From the NCBI GenBank assembly GCA_905234465.1, contig CAJOHU010000001.1, positions 31,708-95,707 on the forward strand: 64,000 bases of DNA, written 5' to 3'. This document shows, piece by piece, positions 20,201 through 28,505 of this stretch (position 1 is the stretch's first letter; every line of letters starts with the position of its first letter). The DNA comes from an uncultured Alphaproteobacteria bacterium. GTDB taxonomy: Bacteria; Pseudomonadota; Alphaproteobacteria; Rs-D84. Position numbers and translations under genes: made by a program. The notes under the pieces were generated by a model. The model was given only the letters and a program-made list of their open reading frames with translations, was not told the origin of the DNA and did not search any database.

Positions 20201-20231
20201 TGCTAACTGGGATCCGTTGGCGTCATCATAA
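14295..20231 (+). CDS. giant secreted repeat protein (1979 aa). It has a signal peptide and N- and C-terminal blocks of about 30-aa LRR-like (BspA/DUF285-type) tandem repeats. Between them are at least 8 Listeria-Bacteroides-type repeat domains. There is also a Gly/Ser/Glu-rich acidic linker.
   Basis: The ORF-track frame begins at 14184, but the probable start is the ATG at 14295 (MSIFRRFFGVLTIAFCCVFAVHSAWA, with a GGAAGGAAG RBS). The LRR-like repeat consensus is MFxxTFxGCxNLTGSIPANLFGGxxGxPA, with about 4 copies N-terminal and about 9 C-terminal. The Listeria-Bacteroides repeats read YxITLNPNGGSGG...RTGYTFSGYYDD...TLYAHW. The duplicated module is FYITTTTTGYY..FFVDWGDGGTD / FRFYIGATGEFVITWGDGQTQ. 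Confidence 0.85.
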   Translation: MSIFRRFFGVLTIAFCCVFAVHSAWANFYITTTTTGYYQHAPTVCIKAKGSFFVDWGDGGTDSCHNSIVKSCCKTHTYSDNSISHTVEISGQPTEYADYTNATFDAQPTIAFCNWGNPYLFHCAAPWVAGISGSIGEIFPTLGNGNNPGQQPSFSHTFGSMPNLTGTIPANLFNGVHGTPVRWMFSNLFFADTGLTGSIPSNLFSGITGTAVGAFAHAFGRTTHLNCHVPAGLFHNIVGNVPQSMFYETFAGSPENGPDDGFCTESGTYGWIAPDAFSISRLYGTPFSNYQMYRMFYKSGLAQSCPSGYTQWVTGFEDDWDGRKACVPSSMTLTTNCGEGTGNGTSMNVSYNDNVIVGSPSSWGCTAPAGETFSHWAVSNSTDTYNAGQQFNWHYVQNKVFTAVWEGHYYNFALNHKDGSNNVNTVYEKYNTGWATSANASSWNWNMILPQDTVRDGYTLRGYYDYDFGDVSSNDTVSETEAYYHMKIKYDSSSSGWKLPAPTQAPGATWYAAWARNCAPVAPATCSLQIAPHTGSVTYVTTCPEGYNKVNGTSYNPSCTPVGVTITLNNNDATSAGTTSLTTAYGVGVYLDGTLMTTSGPSITKPQKQFTVTYYAQGGTMTGGNSSITQTATSTFDGYYYAENNNAPVQVIDDDGYITTNGDTIGKEYTTNATWTAQWSGGAVTLPNAQRPGWTLVGWKTSGNCGGSLAGTPGQHYTPDGNIMLYACWTNVPYYIITLADGSYNDIIQNGMITGTNGGCTRAGLQYGQGWLNICDAPLRGALSLSQIPKRPNHVFNGYWAELAGGASGVDSQVVTKDGEFWETSEVLNGFVSDSTITAYWQPKYLITLNPNGGSGGDTSIYEGYGVGWSKTQNGDYTDTITVTKPQRTGYTFSGYYDDPNFGIKYIPRSGVVSLSPATFSTPKTLYAHWSPRRYTITLNDNGGSGGQVGDASSHCTTADLVYGTRWENGCDSGGAVYDRGASGSGEGDKTETGESGEGGSGEKAASSSSNTGSSSLSLYPPLPTRDGYIFNGYWNTSASSGGTMIVTPQGAFREVDAALTFTSQDATIYARWESGTPSNTIYTITLDPNNNGADGNRPPKIYQKGTSFWADSSATDYPITGSVFDPIADGGAGITRPTPPSGKAFSGYWDDRMTERFTDADGNIVATAYFTGAATVNAHWGDAATTTVTLDANNGTPCATRTVTATQGHDMPTLTCGPTPPPGYDFTGYYKTEYGGWQYYDEQPASVHVWDQTTSTATIYAGYEPAVRDVSYLCNSGGIGSANMVDQATYGSEYTIKDFSTVGCNAIIGKKFIGWTISGSNTFVEPGKSYQNWPYYTDLTLVAKYLDIYTVTLRHPDATNSPMPRVAYVIPYTSDSAGYEGWYSESTADTPLVAMITAPQRPLYDFTGYFYLPDGDTQSDEIQIVRENGYFFDNQETLELITSDGVADAAWKPVSPELTITTTSLPANTTFRFYIGATGEFVITWGDGQTQTVSSPGIVSHTYSSAGARTIDIVGDATSYTDAYTTGTIYNTGRVAESSQWSNNAVRPIQINFPAAIRFGCEAEDTSCALTPQLISAVHGSLGDVFPTLGTGNTQQPRFSRTFAGCTNLTNVPEDLFGGVYGAAIPGMFYGTFEDSGLVSVGQNLFSGITSFAPHAFQRTFMGSDLSTVPAGLFSHISGAPAEAMFAYTFANTPLRSIPSGIFSGVVGAPAVDMFWGTFSGVPFVYGNTLPALFSGISGAPAKGMFDSTFYNSYNLTGTIPANLFGGTNLSGVPAERMFASTFYGCYNLSGSIPANLFGGMGLTGASAVGMFDTTFFACIGLSGYVPMTLFGGISTSNPAADMMNHVFQHSGLLPVCPCGTHDYTTGFESYWDGKVSCEVGLKPNEHWYGDICVEDCAAGITQIRTSTGLSFQILKTKPTEHAIHISAPSDGTVCYVPLESGLGGTDSMNVAYSGTTYHLGIVSDTAPANWDPLASS

Positions 20232-20311
20232 TTTGAGAGTAAACCACATAAAAAATGGCGTGTTAACGGCGTGCCATTTTTTAATAAAACCACATCATAT
20301 CAATCGGTTGG

Positions 20312-20527
20312 TTAGTGTTGTTCACCCATTTTTTTGGCGGCGTGTAATGCGGTGCGTAATGATTCATTTGCAATGTCATAAATACGTCCGGAAAAGGTTC
20401 GCATATTCATTGTATCGGCAAAATTTTTGCTGAAAACACCGGCGATGTATTCCAATTGGGCGGGCGATATAATAAAAACCTCGCTTGTAATATTGTTTTT
20501 TTCCAACTGTTTGATTTGTTCTTTCAT
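20312..20527 (-). CDS. small hypothetical protein (71 aa)
   Basis: The ORF lies between the giant gene and secA. The start MKEQIKQLEK was chosen inside the 82-aa ORF. No domain recognised. Confidence 0.3.
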   Translation of the reverse strand: MKEQIKQLEKNNITSEVFIISPAQLEYIAGVFSKNFADTMNMRTFSGRIYDIANESLRTALHAAKKMGEQH

Positions 20528-20682
20528 TATTATCCCCCTGCTGACATAAATATACACCAATTTTGAATAAATTTCAACCGTTATGACTTGTTTATTTTTC
20601 TGATTGTATTATATACATAAAGTATCTTGACCACAAGGCATAAAGTTGCTATACCAAGATTTGATAAAGATAAGGAAAAATT

Positions 20683-23292
20683 ATGGCGATAAATATTATT
20701 CAGAAAATACTGGGGTCGGCAAATGACCGATTGGTGAAATCTTATGATAAAACAGTATCGTTGATAAACGATTTAGAACCAAAATATCATGCAATGTCTG
20801 ATGCGGAATTACGCGCACAAACTGATGTTTTACGTAAACGTATTGCAGACGGAGAAAAAGAAAAGAATGTGTTGCCTGATGCGTTCGCTTTGGTACGCGA
20901 AGCGTCTGTGCGAACAATTGGTTTGCGCCACTTTAATGTCCAAATGATTGGCGGCATGGTTCTGAATAATGGTCAAATTGCTGAAATGAAGACCGGTGAA
21001 GGGAAAACCTTGGTTGCAACATTGGCGCTTTATCTTAAGGCGTTGTATGGCAGGGGCGCACACCTGATTACTGTGAACGATTATTTGGCATCGCGCGATG
21101 CAAAATGGATGGGTCAGGTTTATGAATTTTTGGGTTTGTCAGTCGGTATTATTCAGCATGATATGACCGATGACGAACGTCGTGCAGCATACGCGTGCGA
21201 TATTACATACGTGACAAATTCAGAACTGGGGTTTGATTATCTGCGTGATAATATGAAGTTTTCAAAATCGCAACAGGTCTTGCGCCCGTTGTTCTTTGGT
21301 ATTGTTGATGAGGTGGACAGTATTTTAATTGATGAAGCGCGTACACCGCTTATTATATCTGGACCATCCGAAGATATAAGCGAATTGTATGCCAAGGTTG
21401 ACGCAGTTGTTGCCAAATTAGCGCCTGATGATTATAAAAAAGACGAAAAAGACCGGCACGTCACACTGACCGAAGTTGGGGTTGATTCTGTGATGCGATT
21501 GTTGGCGGACGCAGGGTTGCTGGTTGGTGATAATTTATATGCGCCGGAAAATGCCGCATTGGTTATGCATATTCAACAGTCTTTGTTGGCACATCATTTG
21601 TTCCAAAAGAATGTAAATTATGTTGTCCGCAATGGCGAAGTTTTAATTGTTGATGAATTTACAGGGCGTGTTATGCCTGGACGCCGCTTTGGACGCGGTC
21701 TGCATCAGGCAATAGAAGCCAAAGAACATGTTCGTGTTCAACCAGAGAATCAGACGGTTTCCAGTATTTCTTATCAGAACTTGTTCCGATTGTATGAAAC
21801 ATTGGCGGGTATGACCGGAACGGCGATGACCGAAGCCGCTGAATTTGAAGAAATCTATAAATTGCGCGTTGTGTCTATTCCGACTAATCGCCCGGTGGCG
21901 CGTGTTGATCATCATGATGAAATTTATTTGAACAAAGATGAAAAATATTCGGCTATTATTAATCAGATAGATGAATGTCTTAAACGAAAGCAGCCGGTTC
22001 TTGTGGGCACTGTTTCAATTGAAAAATCTGAAGAGTTGGCGGACATAGTTCGTAAAAGATTGGGTATAAATCCGGCGGTGTTAAACGCAAAACATCATCA
22101 ATCAGAGGCAAAAATTGTTGCCCAGGCGGGTGCGCCGGGTGCGGTGACAATTGCAACAAATATGGCGGGGCGTGGAACAGATATTAAGTTGGGGGGTAAT
22201 GCAGAAGATTTAATTGCTGACTTGGATAAAGATGCGCCAGATTACGAACAGAAAAAGAAAGAAATTTATGATACGATTGAAAAAAATAAAAAAATTGTGT
22301 TGGATGCAGGTGGATTGTATGTAATTGGTACGGAACGCCACGAATCACGCCGCATTGATAATCAGTTGCGTGGGCGCAGTGGGCGTCAGGGTGATCCAGG
22401 CGATTCTAAATTCTTTTTGGCGTTGGATGATGATTTGATGCGTATATTTGGTGCCGCGCGGTTAAGCGGAATGTTAACAACGTTAGGGTTGAAACCGGGT
22501 GAGGCAATTACGCACCCGTGGATAACCAAGGCATTAGAAAAAGCGCAAAAACGTGTGGAAACGCGGTATTTTGAAGCGCGTAAGGAATTATTAAAGTACG
22601 ATGATGTGATGAACGAACAACGCGGGGTTATTTATAAGCAGCGTGATGATTTAATGACGGCGAAAGATTTGGCGCCTTTGACTAAAGAAATGATAGGGGA
22701 TGTTGTTGAAATTATATGTGAAAACAATATTCCGGAAAAAGCGCAGCCCGCAGATTGGAATATCAGGGGTATACATGATGCAATGGTGCGAATATTTGCG
22801 TTGGATATTACAGATATTGAAAATTGGAAAAATGACGAAGGTTTGACCGAGCGCAAAGCGTATGAATCTTTGTTGAATTTAGCGATGCAGCGATACGAAC
22901 ATCAATTCCAAAAGTATGGCGCAGATATGATGTCCGTTGCTTCGCGTCAAATGATGTTAGGGGCGTTGGATTCTGTGTGGAAACAACATTTGCAGCAAAT
23001 GGATTACTTGCAGACCGGCATCGGATTGCGTGGGTATGCCCAGAAGAATCCATTATATGAATACAAACGCGAAGCGTTGGGGTTGTTCAAAAGCACGATA
23101 AACAATTTTAAGATAATGTCGGTTGCATATATATCGCGTATGGATTTAACGCGCGCAGATGTTGATGAAACAGAAAAGAAACGCAATGAACATGACCAAT
23201 CGTTGAATTCTGCGGGCGAAGCACGCCGTAATGCGCCCTGCCCGTGTGGTTCTGGATTAAAGTACAAGCATTGTTGTGGAAAATTAAAATAA
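20683..23292 (+). CDS. secA: preprotein translocase ATPase SecA
   Basis: 869 aa. DEAD-motor motifs (MKTGEGKTL, DEVDSILIDEARTPLIISG). C-terminal zinc finger CPCGSGLKYKHCCG. Confidence 0.95.
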   Translation: MAINIIQKILGSANDRLVKSYDKTVSLINDLEPKYHAMSDAELRAQTDVLRKRIADGEKEKNVLPDAFALVREASVRTIGLRHFNVQMIGGMVLNNGQIAEMKTGEGKTLVATLALYLKALYGRGAHLITVNDYLASRDAKWMGQVYEFLGLSVGIIQHDMTDDERRAAYACDITYVTNSELGFDYLRDNMKFSKSQQVLRPLFFGIVDEVDSILIDEARTPLIISGPSEDISELYAKVDAVVAKLAPDDYKKDEKDRHVTLTEVGVDSVMRLLADAGLLVGDNLYAPENAALVMHIQQSLLAHHLFQKNVNYVVRNGEVLIVDEFTGRVMPGRRFGRGLHQAIEAKEHVRVQPENQTVSSISYQNLFRLYETLAGMTGTAMTEAAEFEEIYKLRVVSIPTNRPVARVDHHDEIYLNKDEKYSAIINQIDECLKRKQPVLVGTVSIEKSEELADIVRKRLGINPAVLNAKHHQSEAKIVAQAGAPGAVTIATNMAGRGTDIKLGGNAEDLIADLDKDAPDYEQKKKEIYDTIEKNKKIVLDAGGLYVIGTERHESRRIDNQLRGRSGRQGDPGDSKFFLALDDDLMRIFGAARLSGMLTTLGLKPGEAITHPWITKALEKAQKRVETRYFEARKELLKYDDVMNEQRGVIYKQRDDLMTAKDLAPLTKEMIGDVVEIICENNIPEKAQPADWNIRGIHDAMVRIFALDITDIENWKNDEGLTERKAYESLLNLAMQRYEHQFQKYGADMMSVASRQMMLGALDSVWKQHLQQMDYLQTGIGLRGYAQKNPLYEYKREALGLFKSTINNFKIMSVAYISRMDLTRADVDETEKKRNEHDQSLNSAGEARRNAPCPCGSGLKYKHCCGKLK

Positions 23293-23301
23293 AAAGAACA
23301 A

Positions 23302-23330
23302 AGCCCGAATTTGTTCGGGCTTTTTTTTGT
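23302..23330 (+). terminator. rho-independent terminator after secA
   Basis: agcccgaa-tttg-ttcgggct followed by T8. Confidence 0.6.
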
Positions 23331-23409
23331 TGGCGCGGTTTGGGAATAATATCTTGATTTTTATGTTCAAAAGGAATAATATCAAACGCAGTTAACCAGG
23401 GGCAGAAAA

Positions 23410-24135
23410 ATGAGCAGAATACCATTTTATATAGGAAATTTTTTGGCGATATTTGTGCCAGGTGGCGCACGACGCGCGCGTGTTCGTGGTAATGTTAATG
23501 TGACACTGTACGCGCCACGTATTAAAAGGTTTATTAAAAGAATATATAATGAACCGGTTAAAAGCATAAAGTTCGTTCGCCAAATAAATCTGAATCGTGT
23601 TTGCTGTGTCGTAAATGGTAAATATTATGTAAAATTGTTTCGTAATATTACGGCACAACGCGTCAAGAATTACCAGGAATTAATGGAATTTGTTCAACCA
23701 CGCATAAGTGTTTGTATGCCCAAGATATATGCAGATGACCATATGGCAATGTATGTTAGCGAAAAGATTCCAGGACATGGAATTAAAGATTTTGATGCCA
23801 AGACGATATTGAAAAATGAAGATAAAATCAAAGACCAAGTGACCAAAATTATTTCAGAAATTCAGGCGATAAAAATTAAATCTATTCCCGGGTATCAGCG
23901 TTTTTCACACAGTCTGCAACCGGAACGCGCCACAGAACCGGCAACAGATAAACCGAAACCGGTGTTGGCACATTTTGATTTGAATGAAACCAATCTGCTG
24001 TTTGATGATGATATGAATATTTGTGGTATTATTGATTGGGATATGTGTTCTATTGCCAAAAACCCGAATACAGATATATTTGTGTTTAACCGTTTTTGGA
24101 ATCGCTTTAAAAAAACATTGATGCGTAATGCATAA
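23410..24135 (+). CDS. phosphotransferase-family (APH/Kdo-kinase-like) small kinase
   Basis: The catalytic-loop motif HFDLNETNLLF (HxDxxxxN) and IDWD (the DFG equivalent). The N-lobe Lys is in YYVKLF. No substrate can be inferred. Confidence 0.55.
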   Translation: MSRIPFYIGNFLAIFVPGGARRARVRGNVNVTLYAPRIKRFIKRIYNEPVKSIKFVRQINLNRVCCVVNGKYYVKLFRNITAQRVKNYQELMEFVQPRISVCMPKIYADDHMAMYVSEKIPGHGIKDFDAKTILKNEDKIKDQVTKIISEIQAIKIKSIPGYQRFSHSLQPERATEPATDKPKPVLAHFDLNETNLLFDDDMNICGIIDWDMCSIAKNPNTDIFVFNRFWNRFKKTLMRNA

Positions 24136-24191
24136 AATGTATTTTTTATGAAATATTTGCTTTACACATAATTGGTGTTTTTGCTAATCTG

Positions 24192-27100
24192 GTGTCAATG
24201 GAAAATCAGTTCATTCATCTTCATATGCACAGTCGTCTGTCCATTGGGATTGGTACGATAGAAGTAAAGAAAATTCCGAAACTTTGTGCGGAAAACGGGA
24301 TGTTTGCATGCGCACTGACTGATACGAATATGATGTCGGGTTGCGCAGAATTTTCGGATGTTATGCCATCTGCGGGAATTCAACCTATTATCGGTGTGGA
24401 AATAACTTTGAATCATCATACGGCGGACCCTAAGATGCTGCGGGCGTCTTCTTTGTCGCGGGTCGTACTGTTGGCACAAAGTCATGATGGATATCTGAAT
24501 CTGTGCGAACTTAGTCGTATTATGTACATGCGTGATGAAAACCATCATTTGGGGCCGTATATAACATTTGATGAATTGGCAAGCCATAGTGACGGCGTGA
24601 TATGTTTGTCGGGTGCGCATATGGGACCAATAGGTATGGCGGTTTTGAATAATCAAGATGGTTTGGCGCGAACATATGCGGAACATCTGGTTCAGATTTT
24701 TGGTAATCGGTTTTATATTGAAATTCAACGTCATGGTTTAGAAGATGAAATTAAAACTGAACCGGTGTTTTTAGATATTGCAAAATCTTTAAACATTCCT
24801 ATTGTTGCGACAAACGATGTTTGCTTTGCGGGGGCGTCTGATTACGAGGCGGCAGATGCGTTGGGTTGCGTTCTGAATCAGACCAAAGTGATAGATCCAG
24901 ACAGACCCAGAAAATCATCGGAGCAATACTTTAAAACATCGGCACAAATGATTGATATGTTTTCAGATTTGCCAGAGGCGATAGAGAATACTGTTAACAT
25001 AGCAAAGCGTTGTGCTTTTTTTGTAAATGTTCATGAAAAGCCTTTGTTGCCACGTTTCGGAAATGATTTTGAAACAGAATGTCAGATGTTGCGTGATAAT
25101 ACCATGAACGGTCTGACCGAACGCCTGCGGCAAAACGACATTAAAGATACGGCGCCCTATTTTGAACAGGCGAATTACGAATTAGATGTTATTATTGGTA
25201 TGGGGTTTCCAGGGTATTTCTTGATTGTTGCGGACTATATTGAATGGTGCCGTAAACACGATATTTTAACCGGTCCGGGGCGCGGTTCGGGTGCCGGGTC
25301 TATTGTGGCATGGGCGTTGGGTATCACGCATGTTAATCCATTAAAATATGGGTTGTTGTTTGAACGTTTTTTGAATCCCGATCGTATATCTATGCCTGAT
25401 TTTGATGTGGACTTTGAACCAAGTGGAATTGAACAGGTGTTGGCATATATTTGCGATAAGTACGGGCATGATTCTGTTTGTCGTATAATTACATTTGGCA
25501 GTCTTCAGGCACGCGGCGCAATTCGTGATGTTGGTCGTGTTTATGGTATACCGTATTCAAAATCTGACCGATTGTCCAAGATGATACCGCCCGATGCCAA
25601 GAAATTAAAAGATGCCATTGATACATCACAAGAAATTCAAAATGTTCTAAATACCGATGCCGATATGGCCAAGGTGGTTTCTATTGCCGAAGAATTAGAA
25701 GGTTCATTTAGAAATTTGGGGCAACACGCATGTGGGGTTGTTATTGGTGATCGCCCAACAACCAAGATTGCACCGGTTTATCGTGACCCCGCCAACCCGT
25801 TGCCATCGTGCCAGTTTGATGGACATTATTTGGAATCTGCGGGGTTGATTAAGTTTGACTTTTTGGGTTTGGAAACATTGGTCGTATTAAAGTACGCAAC
25901 AAAACTTATTCAAAAGACCCGGCGTATTAATGTGAACTTGGATGAAATACCAACCGATGATGACAAGACTTTGGCGTTGTGGCAATCAGGTATGACCGAA
26001 GGCATATTCCAATTTGATGCGCCGTTTGTTCAACAGACTTTGCGTAAGATGCGACCAACCAGTTTCTTGGAAATTTCTGCATTAAATGCGTTAAATCGTC
26101 CGGGTCCCATTGCGTTTATTCCGCAATTTATCGCCCGTATGCATGGCGAAGAAAAAATAGAATATGTGCACCCACGTGCAGAACCAATTTTGAAAGAAAC
26201 ATACGGAATTATTGTTTATCAAGAACAGGTTATGCAACTGACGCGTGCATTGGCGGGATTTACGCGTGGGGAATCTGATACCGTGCGTAAAGCGATGGGT
26301 AAAAAGAAATTGGATTTATTGGCAAAATTGGAAGTTAAATTCTTGGACGGTTGTAAAAAAGAAGGAACCCTGGATGAGGCGGCTGCAAAAGATTTGTGGG
26401 AAAAGTTCAAAGAATTTGCTAAATATGCATTTAATAAATCACATGCTATCGCCTATTCTATTGTTGCAAATCAATGTGCATATCTTAAGGCGCACTTTAC
26501 GCCGGAATTTCTTGCGGCGTCTATGTCCAGTAATATGGGTGACACAGACCAGTTGGCTTTATTTGTTGATGATGCAAAATCTAATTTTGGAATCCAGATT
26601 GTTCCGCCTGATATAAACAAAAGCGAATCGTTGTTTACGGTTGATAAAGGAAAGATTATATACGCGTTGGCGGCGATTAAGGGTGTCGGTGTTGCGGCAA
26701 CAGATGCGATTATCGCGGAACGCGCCAAAGGCGCATTCAAGAATATAACCGATTTTGCAAAACGTTGCGCGCCAATAATAAACAAGCGCGTATTAGAAGC
26801 CTTTGCCAAGGTCGGGGTACTTGATTCCATTAACCCGAATCGTGCCGAGATATTTATGAACGCGGATATGATTTTGTCATATGCGGCAAAATCAAAAGAA
26901 AGCGCGAATATGTTATCGTTGTTCGCAAATACAGTGGAAGATGATGTGGCAGAAGACAGATTAGCCAAAAATTTGGTAAAAACTGCGCCGTGGACGTTTG
27001 GTCAAAAATTAGAAAATGAATTGTCAGCATTGGGCTTTTATATTTCTGCGCACCCGTTGGATCAATATAAACACCTGATTTTGGGCGCGCATTTGGCGAA

Positions 27101-27605
27101 CAGCGCAAAATTGGCGGAAATGCCGGACCGGGCAAATATTCGTATTGCGGCAAATGTAAATTCTTATTCACATCGTCGCACAAAAACTGGCAAAGAAATG
27201 ATAACAATAAATGCATCTGATGGTTTTGGTAATATTGATGCGGTGGCGTTCGGTGATGCGGTTGCAAATCTGATGGGGGTTTTGGCGTCTGAAACCGAGG
27301 TTGTTATGTCTGGGCGTCTGTCTAATCGTGACGATAGGGTTTCTGTATTTGTAGATTCCATAATACCCTTGGCACAGTGGGTTGCCGGAATCGCAAAAAA
27401 AATAACATTGGATATACGCAATCAATCTGTGTTGCAGGATGTTAAAAAGGCGTTAAGCACTTTGCCGACGGGTGGGACGCGTGTTGCATTGAATCTGTAT
27501 TCTGGGGGTAAAAAGACGACAATGGAATTAAAAGGCGGTGTGGAACTGGGGAAAAACACTATCGCAGATTTCACAGGATTGGGGATAAAGGTGGCAATAG
27601 AATGA
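24192..27605 (+). CDS. dnaE: DNA polymerase III alpha subunit
   Basis: 1137 aa. PHP domain (HLHMHS). Polymerase core motifs (GFPGYFLIVADYI, PDFDVDF). OB-fold tail. Full-length DnaE architecture. Confidence 0.95.
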   Translation: MSMENQFIHLHMHSRLSIGIGTIEVKKIPKLCAENGMFACALTDTNMMSGCAEFSDVMPSAGIQPIIGVEITLNHHTADPKMLRASSLSRVVLLAQSHDGYLNLCELSRIMYMRDENHHLGPYITFDELASHSDGVICLSGAHMGPIGMAVLNNQDGLARTYAEHLVQIFGNRFYIEIQRHGLEDEIKTEPVFLDIAKSLNIPIVATNDVCFAGASDYEAADALGCVLNQTKVIDPDRPRKSSEQYFKTSAQMIDMFSDLPEAIENTVNIAKRCAFFVNVHEKPLLPRFGNDFETECQMLRDNTMNGLTERLRQNDIKDTAPYFEQANYELDVIIGMGFPGYFLIVADYIEWCRKHDILTGPGRGSGAGSIVAWALGITHVNPLKYGLLFERFLNPDRISMPDFDVDFEPSGIEQVLAYICDKYGHDSVCRIITFGSLQARGAIRDVGRVYGIPYSKSDRLSKMIPPDAKKLKDAIDTSQEIQNVLNTDADMAKVVSIAEELEGSFRNLGQHACGVVIGDRPTTKIAPVYRDPANPLPSCQFDGHYLESAGLIKFDFLGLETLVVLKYATKLIQKTRRINVNLDEIPTDDDKTLALWQSGMTEGIFQFDAPFVQQTLRKMRPTSFLEISALNALNRPGPIAFIPQFIARMHGEEKIEYVHPRAEPILKETYGIIVYQEQVMQLTRALAGFTRGESDTVRKAMGKKKLDLLAKLEVKFLDGCKKEGTLDEAAAKDLWEKFKEFAKYAFNKSHAIAYSIVANQCAYLKAHFTPEFLAASMSSNMGDTDQLALFVDDAKSNFGIQIVPPDINKSESLFTVDKGKIIYALAAIKGVGVAATDAIIAERAKGAFKNITDFAKRCAPIINKRVLEAFAKVGVLDSINPNRAEIFMNADMILSYAAKSKESANMLSLFANTVEDDVAEDRLAKNLVKTAPWTFGQKLENELSALGFYISAHPLDQYKHLILGAHLANSAKLAEMPDRANIRIAANVNSYSHRRTKTGKEMITINASDGFGNIDAVAFGDAVANLMGVLASETEVVMSGRLSNRDDRVSVFVDSIIPLAQWVAGIAKKITLDIRNQSVLQDVKKALSTLPTGGTRVALNLYSGGKKTTMELKGGVELGKNTIADFTGLGIKVAIE

Positions 27606-28453
27606 TGAAACATGTGCCTGTCTTATTAGATTGTGTAATGAATGCGTTGGGCGATATCCGTGGTGCGCATATCATTGATGCGACATTTGGTGCCGGTGGG
27701 TATACACGCGCTTTTTTGAATGCGGGGGCAAATGTTGTTGCATTTGATAGAGACCCGAATGTGCGAATGGATGCAGAAAGTATCGCAAATGAATTTAAAT
27801 CAAGATTTGAATTTATACCAAAACCTTTTTCTGAAATGGCGAATTTGGACGATAAGTTTGATGCAATTGTGTTTGATTTGGGAATTTCATCTATGCAGAT
27901 AGATAACCCAGAACGCGGTTTTTCTTTTCGGGCGGATGCGCCGCTTGATATGCGAATGTCGGATGATGGCGCAACGGTTTGTGATATGTTTGATACATTA
28001 TCTGTTGACGAGTTGGCGCAAATTCTGCGGGAATATGGTGATGTGGGACCGGCGGTTGCAATCGCGAACGCAATTAAACAGAACATGCCAAAAACAACAT
28101 TTGAATTGCGCGATTTAATACATAGACCACGTGATATTGCGCCAACATTTCAGGCATTGCGTATTGCGGTAAACGATGAAATGGGTGAATTGCGGCGCGC
28201 CTTGGATGCGGTACCGAACTTGCTGAACGTGGGGGGGCGTTGTATATGTGTCACATTTCATTCGGTTGAAGACAGAATTGTTAAGAACGTGTTCAAAGAT
28301 TGGACAAGTGTTCGGGGTGACCCACGTTTGCCGGTGACTGGCAGACCACCGCAATTTGAAATGTTAAAAGTACAAACCCCAACAAGCCAGGAAACAAATG
28401 CAAATCCGCGGGCGCGCAGTGCACATATGCGCGGTGTTGTAAAATCATATTGA
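27602..28453 (+). CDS. rsmH: 16S rRNA (cytosine1402-N4)-methyltransferase
   Basis: VPVLLDCV...IDATFGAGGYTRAFL...FDRDP is the SAM-MTase signature of RsmH/MraW. The start overlaps the dnaE stop (ATGA). Confidence 0.85.
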   Translation: MMKHVPVLLDCVMNALGDIRGAHIIDATFGAGGYTRAFLNAGANVVAFDRDPNVRMDAESIANEFKSRFEFIPKPFSEMANLDDKFDAIVFDLGISSMQIDNPERGFSFRADAPLDMRMSDDGATVCDMFDTLSVDELAQILREYGDVGPAVAIANAIKQNMPKTTFELRDLIHRPRDIAPTFQALRIAVNDEMGELRRALDAVPNLLNVGGRCICVTFHSVEDRIVKNVFKDWTSVRGDPRLPVTGRPPQFEMLKVQTPTSQETNANPRARSAHMRGVVKSY

Positions 28454-28505
28454 CCGGGTGGCGGTGATTTGTGTAGAATGGCGAAAACAAAAAAGGAAGG
28501 AATAT

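Noticed and set aside
20830-23658. Minus-strand ORFs within secA and its 3' flank
   Set aside because: They are antisense to secA, or they overlap the secA terminator without any RBS.
26471-28086. Minus-strand ORFs of 137-171 aa antisense to dnaE and rsmH
   Set aside because: They are low-complexity Ala/Ser-rich mirror translations of highly conserved genes.
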